A stretch of 22,622 bases of DNA, taken from the NCBI GenBank assembly GCA_024626585.2, contig JANKJI020000002.1:76069099-76091720 (forward strand), in the 5' to 3' direction. Of this stretch, positions 1 to 9,420 are shown in pieces. Position 1 is the first letter of the stretch; each line of letters begins with the position of its first letter. This stretch comes from Ginkgo biloba (lineage: Eukaryota > Plantae > Ginkgophyta). The notes under the pieces were generated by a model that saw only the letters and a program-made list of their open reading frames with translations, searched no databases and was not told the DNA's origin. A program made the position numbers and the translations under genes.

Positions 1-193
1 TGATGCTTTTTCCTTTTTTAAAAGGAACCTTGTAAGCATTTCATTTTAATTGTGTAAAAAATATACAGGCATTGAATCAGCATTGAGCTTGATCCATATT
101 TTTTTCTGAAACTTTTTAAGTTCATCTTGCTACTGTTCCTCAATAACACATTCTTGAAAGACTTAAATTACATGTATGCCTTCTCTGATGCAG

Positions 194-361
194 GACACTG
201 AACATTCCCGTGCCACAAAATGTGTCTCTTGTTGCTAAGCGGAGTGCATACTCATCAGATGCGGAGGAGCAATCAGAACCCGAGTTCAAGCACAAATGGC
301 AAGCAGACATTGCAGCTGCTGTTGAAGAAGTGACAACTAAAAAGGACCACACCAAGCATAG
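194..361 (+). CDS. PQBP1: Internal exon of plant PQBP1-like (polyglutamine-tract-binding protein 1 / WW-domain) gene
   Basis: Acceptor ttctctgatgcag ends at 193. The phase-2 exon reads (R)TLNIPVPQNVSLVAKRSAYSSDAEEQSEPEFKHKWQADIAAAVEEVTTKKDHTKH(R). Its start resembles the recalled plant homologue motif ...CNHCTR-VLNLP. The donor AG|GTCAAT at 361/362 is in phase with the next exon. Confidence 0.8.
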
Positions 362-476
362 GTCAATCATCTTTTCAAGAGCGAGGCATTTGAACTGCAG
401 GATTTTACTAGGTAAACATTGAAGGGTTTGCGCCCCTGAAATGCATAAAGAAATAATGCCCTTATCCTCCATGCAG
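362..476 (+). other. 115-nt GT-AG intron (phase 2) of the PQBP1-like gene
   Basis: Starts gtcaat and ends cttatcctccatgcag. Splicing gives ...TKHR|SGVKPPLGKGN..., which resembles plant homologues (..KQRS..KPPMGKGN). Confidence 0.75.
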
Positions 477-602
477 GTCAGGAGTGAAGCCCCCTTTGGG
501 GAAAGGTAACAGAAGGGATCACAGGAAGCACATACCTTCTGATACCGATGAACTGGACCCTATGGATCCTAGCTCTTACTCAGATGCTCCACGTGGTGGC
601 TG
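477..602 (+). CDS. PQBP1: Internal exon of the PQBP1-like gene encoding the start of the conserved C-terminal domain
   Basis: Translates SGVKPPLGKGNRRDHRKHIPSDTDELDPMDPSSYSDAPRGG(W). DELDPMDPSSYSDAPRG is the hallmark PQBP1 motif in animals and plants. Acceptor atgcag at 476, donor TG|GTATGG at 602/603. Confidence 0.95.
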
Positions 603-734
603 GTATGGATATTCTTCATTGCTATTCTATATCAGATTGTTAAATGTTATGTCTCGCAATGTTGGTTGACAATATTTCTGAAGCTTTTATTACCTTTATT
701 ATGCTAGACCCATGTTTATCTATCATTATAGGGA

Positions 735-1050
735 CTATGGTCCCACATGAGTATACCATCATATAGGTAATCAAAGATGATATATACATGGGTCCAAAAT
801 CATATCTAACATGTATGATTATTCAATTGAGATGGTGGAGCCATATTAGTCCACTATCACGAACATTATAGATCAACATGGGTCCACCATCATAGATATG
901 GGGGATTGAAATAGGTATACCATTACATAGGTAATTAATATTGACATTGACATGAGTCCACCATCATGGAGGTAATTAATGATAATATGGACATTGAACC
1001 ACTATCATAGAAGTAATTAAATCCAACATAGAAGTTCACCATCATAAAGG
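735..1050. repeat. Degenerate minisatellite-like array (core gtccaccatcata(g)...gtaattaa, about 35-45 bp period)
   Basis: Recurrent variants include gtataccatcatataggtaatc, gggtccaccatcatagat, gagtccaccatcatggaggtaattaa, gaaccactatcatagaagtaattaa and gttcaccatcataaagg. Confidence 0.7.
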
Positions 1051-1939
1051 TTTATATAGAAGGTAAGGTGATGGAGAGTTGAAATTATTACTTTTGTATA
1101 TAATATTACACATATTCCCATACATACACATATGCTATTATATTAAAAGTATAACTTTTTAAGAAACTCATCTATTTAATTTGAATATATACCAATTCAA
1201 CTAAAATATGAATACTAATGCAACCAAACTATCTTATTAATCCTAATAATGAATTATACAATAATCCAAATAAGTGTCTAATTATTTGAGCCCTTAATTA
1301 TTTTTATATTAATACTTAATTATGGTAATATCAACACTAACTATTATTAGGTCAAAATAATATGATAATATTATAAATATTTTAATAATAATAGTTTGTG
1401 GCAATTATTTTNNNNNNNNNNNNNNNNNNNNNNNNNNNNNNNNNNNNNNNNNNNNNNNNNNNNNNNNNNNNNNNNNNNNNNNNNNNNNNNNNNNNNNNNN
1501 NNNNNNNNNNNTTTGCAAAAAATATATGAAATATATGTATCGTAAAATGACTTAAGTTGTTATGTATCCATATTACCTCTAATGAGAAAGTGATTTTTAG
1601 ATAAGATGATTTATGAAAAATCTAGTAATAGTTAACCCAATTTTCTAACTTTTGTATTCATACTATAAAAGATGATCATTAACATAATTAGATTATTCTC
1701 ATGAATCAAATTTTAGGTTACTTATTTCTTACAATTTATTTTTTAGTTTGAAGAAAAAATTATGTACCTATTCATATTAATAAGCCTAGAAAAATGGGAA
1801 TTTATTTTTTCAAAATCACCTAGGTATCATACCTATCCTTGTTTGACCCACTTAGATTGATAGGAATGATTTTCTAGGAATGGGAACAATGATAATTGAC
1901 CTAGGTTTGACTACTAACCCCTATTACATGAAGTAAGAA

Positions 1940-2994
1940 TGTAACATGAGACCTATAACCAATGATGAGAACATATTTTTCATTTGACCATATGCCCATT
2001 TATTATTTTTGATAAATTCATTTGCCTAAATAATATCAAAATATGATACCATTAGCATGGTTTTAGATATTATTACAAGTTGACCTTAGTATTAACAATC
2101 CTATTTCTAAATCTTTATGTGCATCTACTTTTCACATATTATTATCATAAATTAATATAAATAAATACTTGCATACATGTGAATGTCTTTGATTACTTAT
2201 CATGATTGTGGTTGTTATCTTTATCATTGTATGAATACATATATAATTTTATCTCTATATTATCATGATTATTATAATTTTTTAACATTATTAGCATGTA
2301 AGTTTGGAGGTATTATGTTATAATGGTATCAAATCCGAAGGGAGATATAAGATTTCAATAATGGAATAAGATATATTGAGGAAGTTGAAACCATTGAAGA
2401 GAAGGTTAGGAATTTGGAGGAAGAGTGAAAGAAACTAGAGAACTCATTTCTTACCTAGAAATGTAGGAGGAAACAAAAAGAAAAATAACTAGTGGAAGAA
2501 CCTCAATAAGAATAATAATATGAGGATCCAATCACATTTTCTAAGCATAAGGAGATGCAAAGTTAATTAAATGGTTCATAAGATAAAGAAATAAAAAATC
2601 CAATATCCTACCCATAATGGAAGTTTCATTAAAATTCAAAGAGATTGAATAATGATCAAAATGCTAAATATTATGGGAGAGGAATAAGAGCATCATTCAG
2701 ATCATGAATAATATTAATAAATAACTTTGTCAAACATTTTGAAATTTTAAATGAAAAAAAAGTCACCATAGTCACATTTGATCTTATAGGACTCATTTCA
2801 ATGTGGTAAAATGGCATGAAAATAGAAGTATAAGACAAGATGTGACAACTAATAAGCTCATTGTTAGAAATGAGGGAAATTATATACAAGTATGCACCCC
2901 AAAGTGATATGTATGAATCCTATGGTCAAGTGATTATCCTAAATTAAGATCAAAGTAATACAAGAGTTTAGAAACAATTTAAATGAACTCTTTA
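1940..2994 (+). mobile_element. Decayed Ty3/Gypsy 5' portion: LTR (1940-2322), tRNA-iMet PBS (2324-2335), gag remnant
   Basis: TGTAACA at 1940 and TGTTAtA at 2316-2322 form terminal inverted repeats. They are followed by tggtatcaaa (consensus TGGTATCAGAGC). Downstream peptides KIQYPTHNGS and EKKVTIVTFDLIG..SMW resemble retrotransposon gag. The element ends at a gap. Confidence 0.7.
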
Positions 2995-3094
2995 NNNNNN
3001 NNNNNNNNNNNNNNNNNNNNNNNNNNNNNNNNNNNNNNNNNNNNNNNNNNNNNNNNNNNNNNNNNNNNNNNNNNNNNNNNNNNNNNNNNNNNNN

Positions 3095-3491
3095 AGGGTA
3101 ATAATTTTATTGGTTGTCTTAATGGAGAGAATAAGCAACTGTATAGATGATTTTTGCTGCTCCTCGGCTCTGTCCGAAACATATTGTAATTCTCTGGTAG
3201 CACTACATCTAGAGAAACATATTGCAATTCTCTGGTAGCACTACATCTAGAGGACTCAATCGGTATGCACGAAATAAAAATAGGAGCTAACAATTTTAGC
3301 AGAATGTACCACAATAAACCTGCGGCCATTGTATGTCCTTCCTCGAGGGAGAACATACTCAAAGTCGTTAAAACTGTTGCAGTGTCCAATCATATTATCG
3401 TGGTAGAGAAGGGAAATGGGCACTCCATAAATGGTCAAGCGCAGGCCCTACATGGAGAATAGTGGTGGACATGATCGCCTTGAAAGGACTT
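3095..3491 (+). pseudogene. CKX: Cytokinin oxidase/dehydrogenase pseudogene, exon 1 5' part (hydrophobic N-terminus and FAD-binding GHS motif)
   Basis: Reconstructed as RVIILLVVLMERISNCIDDFCCSSALSETYCNSLVALHLE/DSIGMHEIKIGANNFSRMYHNKPAAIVCPSSRENILKVVKTVAVSNHIIVVEKGNGHSINGQAQALHG/IVVDMIALKGL. This matches the CKX consensus DFG..P.AV..P....I......TVAARG(N/H)GHS(I/L)(N/Q)GQAQA..G(I/V)V(V/I)DM. Frameshifts come from a 38-bp duplication and a 2-bp insertion near 3457. The FAD-linked His codon is at 3421-3423. Confidence 0.92.
3176..3251 (+). repeat. 38-bp tandem duplication inside CKX exon 1
   Basis: gaaacatattg(t/c)aattctctggtagcactacatctaga occurs at 3176-3213 and 3214-3251 with one mismatch. 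Confidence 0.97.
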
Positions 3492-3920
3492 TACCAGTTT
3501 AGAAACCAGCATATAGTGATTTAAATTCTAATACTTTAGCCTTATATTTTGCAGTAAGATTAATAATGTTACAGATTTCTGTCTAATTTTTTCATCGTAT
3601 CTGTTCATATGCTCTTCCACGACACCTATGTAGAATATTATTCAAATCTTTTGAATGATTACATGAAATTTAAGCAATATAATTTCAGGTTGTTGTAATT
3701 TTTTCAGGTAATAAACATTCGGCAGAGCAATATGTGGAATGGTGCACATGCTAAAGATTTATTTTGGAACGTACAGTGCTTCACTCCCATCCCTGATCCA
3801 TTACCATTCCCTGCACTCCTCTATTTTTTATCGATCCTGTCACTACTACGATTTGATGACTACTACGCCACTGCTAAGTATTTTACGTGCAATTCATACA
3901 AAACACTATTTTCCAAAATA

Positions 3921-4031
3921 GATTATCTCTATCTCTCCGTTGGCGAACCTCTTTCCAATGGCGGTATCAATGGCCAAACTTTTTATTTTGGACCGTTATA
4001 GGTAATGTATTGTAGCTTCAAGTCATTATAG
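3921..4031 (+). pseudogene. CKX: CKX pseudogene, exon 1 3' part
   Basis: DYLYLSVGEPLSNGGINGQTFYFGP/IGNVL*LQVII(G) compared with consensus DYLYLTVGGTLSNAGISGQ(A/T)FRHGPQISNVLELDVVTG. There is a 1-bp deletion near 3997 and an in-frame stop. The segment ends at G|GTACAT, the conserved CKX intron position. Confidence 0.92.
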
Positions 4032-4111
4032 GTACATTAAATGAATCAAATTATATATTTATATGTTAAGACTAATTTTTGAAATAAAAATTGTTGTATT
4101 GATCATTACAA

Positions 4112-4234
4112 GAAATAGAGGTTATTACGTGCTCGTCAGACCGCCATGAGGAGATCTTTTATGGGGCACTCGGTGGCTTGGGTGAATTTGACATTATAAC
4201 CAAAATTATAATTTCCAATTGTCATCATGAGAAG
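4112..4234 (+). pseudogene. CKX: CKX pseudogene, exon 2
   Basis: EVITCSSDRHEEIFYGALGGLGEFDIITKIIIS (from 4118) compared with consensus KGEVVTCS....[21 protein letters not shown]. It is separated from the previous segment by an AT-rich intron of about 80 nt with a degenerate acceptor. The 3' boundary is approximate. Confidence 0.9.
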
Positions 4235-5629
4235 TCTATAGATCCTCCGTCATCTATGGATGACGTATTGACGTTTTGTTTTATTTCCATCGCAGCAGTA
4301 TGTGGCGTGGTTATCCGAATGAACTTGCCGTCCATTAAAAGCTTTCTATTGTTAAGCGTTGTTGTCTGTTAGAACATCTATTGTTAGAATTTTCCATAAT
4401 GTATAGGGTGTATAAATTTATATGTGGCTTGAAGCTGCACAATACTAAGTGATTATGTTGATAATAACAATGGCCAAGGAATGTGTAGGAAATAATTATA
4501 TTTAGGCACAAATCATACAATTAAATAGAGTTAAACCTTTTAAGAATCCATTCTATCCCATAAAGGATTACTTATCATTTAATAATTCCTTCAAAAAGAG
4601 AATAAAGAAGACCTATTTCTAGAAGAATTTTTTCCTTAAGTAGTGAATATAAGAGAAGGGAAAAGAGGACAAGTCTGGGGGAGAGAATCCATCTCAATAT
4701 AATTGGAAAGAAGGCACATGGTAAGTGTTATAAATATGGAGGAGACGAATAAAAGAAATTGTGTCTACACTTTTATGGAATAACAGCATCAAGTAGGACA
4801 AGAAAGTGATCATGGTGGTATGTAATGAAAAGAAGTCTAAGAAAAAACTCCCTTAAAGAGTAAGATTGAGATAGTTTGAAACTTTTAGTGACATTAAATT
4901 ATTTATTATAAATGGTAGAAAAAATGGAATTGAATATCTCATATTAGTAGATAACATATTTTTATATCTAAAGAGTTTTCTAAAAGAGAAAAAATGGCAG
5001 CTGAATTCCTTAGCCCACTGATGATTATTTCTAAGCAATTCCTCTTACCTTTCAAGAACTAGATTATATTGTCTTGAGGAAACAATTGGACATGCAGTTG
5101 CCCAACCAATCTGTTCTTTTTTTCCTCATCACATTTATTCAAACAATCTCACACTTTTTGACCTTACCTTTGTTAAAGTAAGCTTTTGGGCCCCAATGTG
5201 GAATGTAATGCTAATTGGGTTCTGCTAGGTCAGTGTAAGTGTTGCCAGATCATCCATGCCTGTTGATCTAGTAATGCCCTTCAATGCTTTTCCATACGAG
5301 TGTGAAAAATCTGTTATCAACTTATCCCCTGTAAGTGACTTGTCTTGATAAGGTTATTGGCTCTGTTTCTCCACCTTGAACATTACCACCTCAGATTTCT
5401 TGGCCTCTCTTATCAGAGGATGTTCACTCTTATTGGAGGTGTTCACAGACTATTAGAGGGTTGTGTGGTTTATCGAAGGTTGTTTTCTCCCTTGTCAAAG
5501 GTTTTTCATAACCTATCGNNNNNNNNNNNNNNNNNNNNNNNNNNNNNNNNNNNNNNNNNNNNNNNNNNNNNNNNNNNNNNNNNNNNNNNNNNNNNNNNNN
5601 NNNNNNNNNNNNNNNNNNTTGAGAATTGA

Positions 5630-6085
5630 TACCAAGAACCTTTGCATCATCTTAAAAGGAGTTTTTTGAGTGAAATCCCTCATTTTTGTGTATCCATAAA
5701 CTTTTGAAGTTGTCTTTTTATTCTAAGAAGGGTTGCCCTCCCAATTTACCCAAAAATAGTGCTAAAAAAAAACAAAAAATAGTGACCATTTTTTCGAACC
5801 ATGGAGGGAAATTAATTTCTAGTGTGTGTTTGGGCTTATCTATTTTTCTAACAACTTTATCTATTTATCTAATATACATTGTTCATTTGTCTAATGGATA
5901 GTGTCCATTTTTTATTTGTCTAATGGTCTTGTCCATTTATCTAACGATAGTGTCCGTTTGTCCAAACGCCTTTGTTTATTTGTTAAACGACAGTGTTTAT
6001 TTGTCTAAAAGACAATAGTCTCTTTTCTATCAAATATTAGGCCCTCTCTTTGGCTCCCTTTTTAGCCTCATTTTATAATGATAAT
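5630..6085 (+). repeat. Dispersed repeat family copy 1, with an internal array of (a/g)tttgtctaa(t/c)g units
   Basis: Many tttgtctaa/tttatctaa units at 5835-6012. The upstream part tgtgtat...gaagttgtc...aagggttgccctc aligns to the reverse complement of 17700-17803. Confidence 0.75.
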
Positions 6086-6111
6086 CACATTAATAATTAA
6101 AAAAATAAGGT

Positions 6112-6198
6112 TGTTGACACGAATCTCCCCCGCCTCATGTCGATAGATGTACGGTGGGGATTTTTGGCATCAATATGTTTTGTCACCATTGTTGGGGA
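6112..6198 (+). mobile_element. LTR terminus plus degenerate tRNA-Asp PBS of an Athila-like Gypsy element
   Basis: TGTTGA at 6112 ... ggggatttttggcatcaata at 6175 (…CAACA with C>T). Then tgtcaccattgttgggga at 6181-6198 matches TGGCGCCGTTGCCGGGGA (Athila PBS) at 13/18 positions, and the mismatches are mostly methylation-type transitions. Confidence 0.6.
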
Positions 6199-7694
6199 GG
6201 TGAATATTCTAAGTCATTTACAAGAAAATAAATAATCAATTTTAAATTAAGGATAAGAAAATAATTAGGCATTGATGATGCCCAACCTTTTTATACGCGC
6301 TTGTGACCATTCTAGGGATTAGCGCATTAATTATTAAAATAAACCTCATTGCTTATCCTACACATATGTAGGTGATATATCATGTGATGGATTAAATTTT
6401 CCCTTTTGATAATAAAATATGGTGAAATTAATATATAAGGACACATCAATCAAGTTGTAAACAAAAGAGTTTGTAGACCTTGTCAACTTTAGAACCCTCT
6501 ATTTCAATCAAAAATAAATTTACAAAAGTTAAAGAGTACATCAGTATTGGTAAGTACCTCCCTCCTTAGGTACTAGAATCCACCTGATAGTCATTTGGAA
6601 TTGGGAGAGAGGAGTCATGTTAGACACCATGTAGTGACCTACCCCCATGCCCTATCCATTGGCTCTCCTACCCCCTAGCTTNNNNNNNNNNNNNNNNNNN
6701 NNNNNNNNNNNNNNNNNNNNNNNNNNNNNNNNNNNNNNNNNNNNNNNNNNNNNNNNNNNNNNNNNNNNNNNNNNNNNNNNNTGACTGTGTTTATGGTACT
6801 AGTCCTCCTCCCTATGTGAGGCATTCTTCCTCCCCCCATCTTGATGTTCATCCTCCTCCCTAAGCACCCATTCACCCCTATTCATTGAATTCCTTATGTT
6901 CTTGTGTCTATACCCTACAACTTGCACATGCCTCCTCTTTTTCATCCTTGTGCTACTCCCATTCTGCTCACCCCCCTACCTAGTCCTACTCATTTTTTCA
7001 TCTCCTTGTGCCCCCCTATTAGATGCCCTAGCCACCTCCTCCTTCTCCCCTAGTTTGTCCTCACCCTTCTATCCATTGCGAGTTTCCTTGCATAAAAATG
7101 CTAAACGAGGAACATTCAAAAACCAAAAAAATGATAAAACATTGAATAGAATACAATTGGTATGCAGGACATGAGCTACCACTGTTGTAATAGCCCGCTC
7201 TCCTACACCTGTAAAAACTTCCTTATTGGAGCTACATCTTTAATGGAAAATGCAAGAGAATGTGAGGCAACTTCAATCAAGTCCCTAGAAAGCAAAACAA
7301 TCATAATTAATGTGCAATAACTATACATGCAACAGTAGTACAAAATTATTTGACATTAATTTATGGTTCCAAACTGTTTGTGCATCAATTTACAAGTTAG
7401 TAGGATGGGGGGGTAGTTTAGGGACATATTGAAATAAGGTGTCCAAATACCCTCCGTTGGATATAACAACCCCCTATGGGGATTGAACGGAGCGGGCAAC
7501 CAAACCTCCAGTGCATAAATATAGCGATTGGCCCCTAATAGCTAGTAGGGATTTGTTGGAGCCCATCCCTCCTCCTCTACGTCATGGATGATAGGCACAA
7601 GCTAGTTTGGCCTCTTTGGCATCAAGATCGCCTCGTAGTCAAGAAGACTATCCATCCCTATTGATAACTGTGTGGTTCGCCAACTAAAACCCTA

Positions 7695-7872
7695 AGGCTA
7701 CACCAATAACCTTAAACTAGAGAACCTTATCGATTTTCATGGTTGCACTTACTAACCACGAAAGCAACTGCACCTATAGTCAACCACCAATAACTACACC
7801 TATAGCTATTGACCTTGCAACTACACACACAACTACATCCGATAGGCTACACCAATAACATCCAACTAGAGA
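7695..7872. repeat. Local direct repeat and degenerate caactacacc array
   Basis: aggctacaccaataac...aactagaga occurs at 7695 and 7844, 149 bp apart. Several caact(a/g)cac units lie between them. The array runs into a gap. Confidence 0.6.
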
Positions 7873-8619
7873 NNNNNNNNNNNNNNNNNNNNNNNNNNNN
7901 NNNNNNNNNNNNNNNNNNNNNNNNNNNNNNNNNNNNNNNNNNNNNNNNNNNNNNNNNNNNNNNNNNNNNNNNTAGATCAATCAGGCTCTTATAATTAGCT
8001 TACATCATGGTGACACACAAATTTACTTAAGTTTAACTTCTACTCATAGTTGTCAAAACTTGTTATAGATGTTGTAAATCATTATAATTTTTCAATCATG
8101 TTGACTTTAACAATTTCCTTTGATGTGTTATTTTCATATAAAAAATCATAGGACTTCAAGGTTTTGAAGTGTAAACTATCTATACCATGAGTCAAGATAA
8201 GTAGCTTATACTTTACTAGGGGTTCTACTCCTAATACCTTGTCGAGGGGTGATGTACCTTGGACCCCCTTGGTAATTTTGGTCCAAATTTTGGTAGTCAA
8301 ACATAACTAATTTTTTAGACCAATTTGTGTCTTCTCTTAAGATTATTGTCTTCTTACCATTATGAAATTAAAGTTGTTAGTTATGCTTCCTCTTTATATA
8401 TAACCTAGATCAATATTTAAAATCAACAAAGAATTTCCCAACAAAGAAAATCATGAAACCTACATATACATATCATAACCAAAATAAAAAAAGTGGAGAC
8501 TTGAAGTCTGGAAAAAGAAATATTTTTTTCCTATGAGATTTAAAATTATAAATAAAACAACAATGTATATACAACTGAAGATGACAACTAATAATATAAA
8601 ATCACACTCTCTTCCTTAA

Positions 8620-9420
8620 AGAAGTATTTCATACCATCCATAAACTATAGATCATCCTTCAAATTTCTTCCTTATTTCAACAACTTTCTTAATTCCATTA
8701 CTTCTCTTGGTGAAGTGTCATATATGATTTGTAATTGTGAGAGTATGATGGCTTTATTTTTAGAGTTATATTTGAGTTATTTAAATAAAACTCTACATGT
8801 GACAACATTTCATCCCATTAATTGGGATTGTCTTCACCAAGCATCTCAATAGATTTTCAAGTGACTTATTTATGATGTTTTTTTCCCCATACATTTGTGG
8901 ATGGCATGTTGAACTAAAAAATTCAATTTAGTATCCAACAATTTCCATAATTCTTTTCAAAAGTAACATAGAAATATTGTATCCTTATCAAAAGTTATGG
9001 AAATTAACAACCCATGAAATCTTACCATTTCTTTGGAGAAAATATTGGCTATATAGGATGAATCATCATGATTATTACATTATATGAAGTGAATCATATT
9101 TAAAAATGTATCCACCACCACAAAAATTTAATCAATCCTCTTGATGTCTTAGGAATCCTTAACACAAAATCCATGCTTAATCTCTCCCAAGTCTTATCTA
9201 AAATTCATAGTTTCATATAGAATCCATTATTGCTTTAACATCCTTTGGTACTTAAGAAAATCATGTATTTCTCAACATGTTTATATACATCCTACTTCAT
9301 TCAAGGCCAATAATGCTCTCTTATACTCACTTTAGGGTTTTATCTCTTTCAAAGTGATGCCCTAAGAATCCAACATGGATTTCTTGAGCATTTGATTCTC
9401 TCATGGTTCCTCTTGATATT
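8620..9420 (-). pseudogene. Gypsy integrase core remnant
   Basis: Minus-strand peptides SMDFVL, IFVVVDTF, FSKEMVRFHGL..SITFDKD, FSSTCHPQ and INKSLENLLRCLV, with many stops and frameshifts. Confidence 0.85.

Noticed and set aside
140-472. 110-aa minus-strand ORF
   Set aside because: It is the antisense shadow of the PQBP1 exon and intron, with no recognisable motif.
2979-3438. Minus-strand ORFs of 136 aa and 60 aa
   Set aside because: They are antisense to the CKX pseudo-exon, and one runs through an N-gap.
4248-4285. Helitron 3' terminus
   Set aside because: A hairpin is present, but there is no CTRR at the expected short distance on either strand.
3265-4372. A functional CKX gene or small standalone proteins (65, 89 and 64 aa ORFs)
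   Set aside because: There are at least three frameshifts, an in-frame stop, a missing conserved block, and no cytokinin-binding C-terminal exons.
4400-5518. Possible LINE or other TE coding remnant on the minus strand
   Set aside because: No endonuclease, RT, gag or integrase motif could be read with confidence.
5835-6012. CRISPR-like repeat-spacer array (also 735-1050 and 17445-17662)
   Set aside because: The units are short, degenerate and irregularly spaced, the context is eukaryotic, and there are no cas genes.
6600-7100. Inverted homology with the purine-rich block at 18000-18370
   Set aside because: Only a short acct(a/t)cccccatgc match and shared compositional bias; no colinear alignment by eye.
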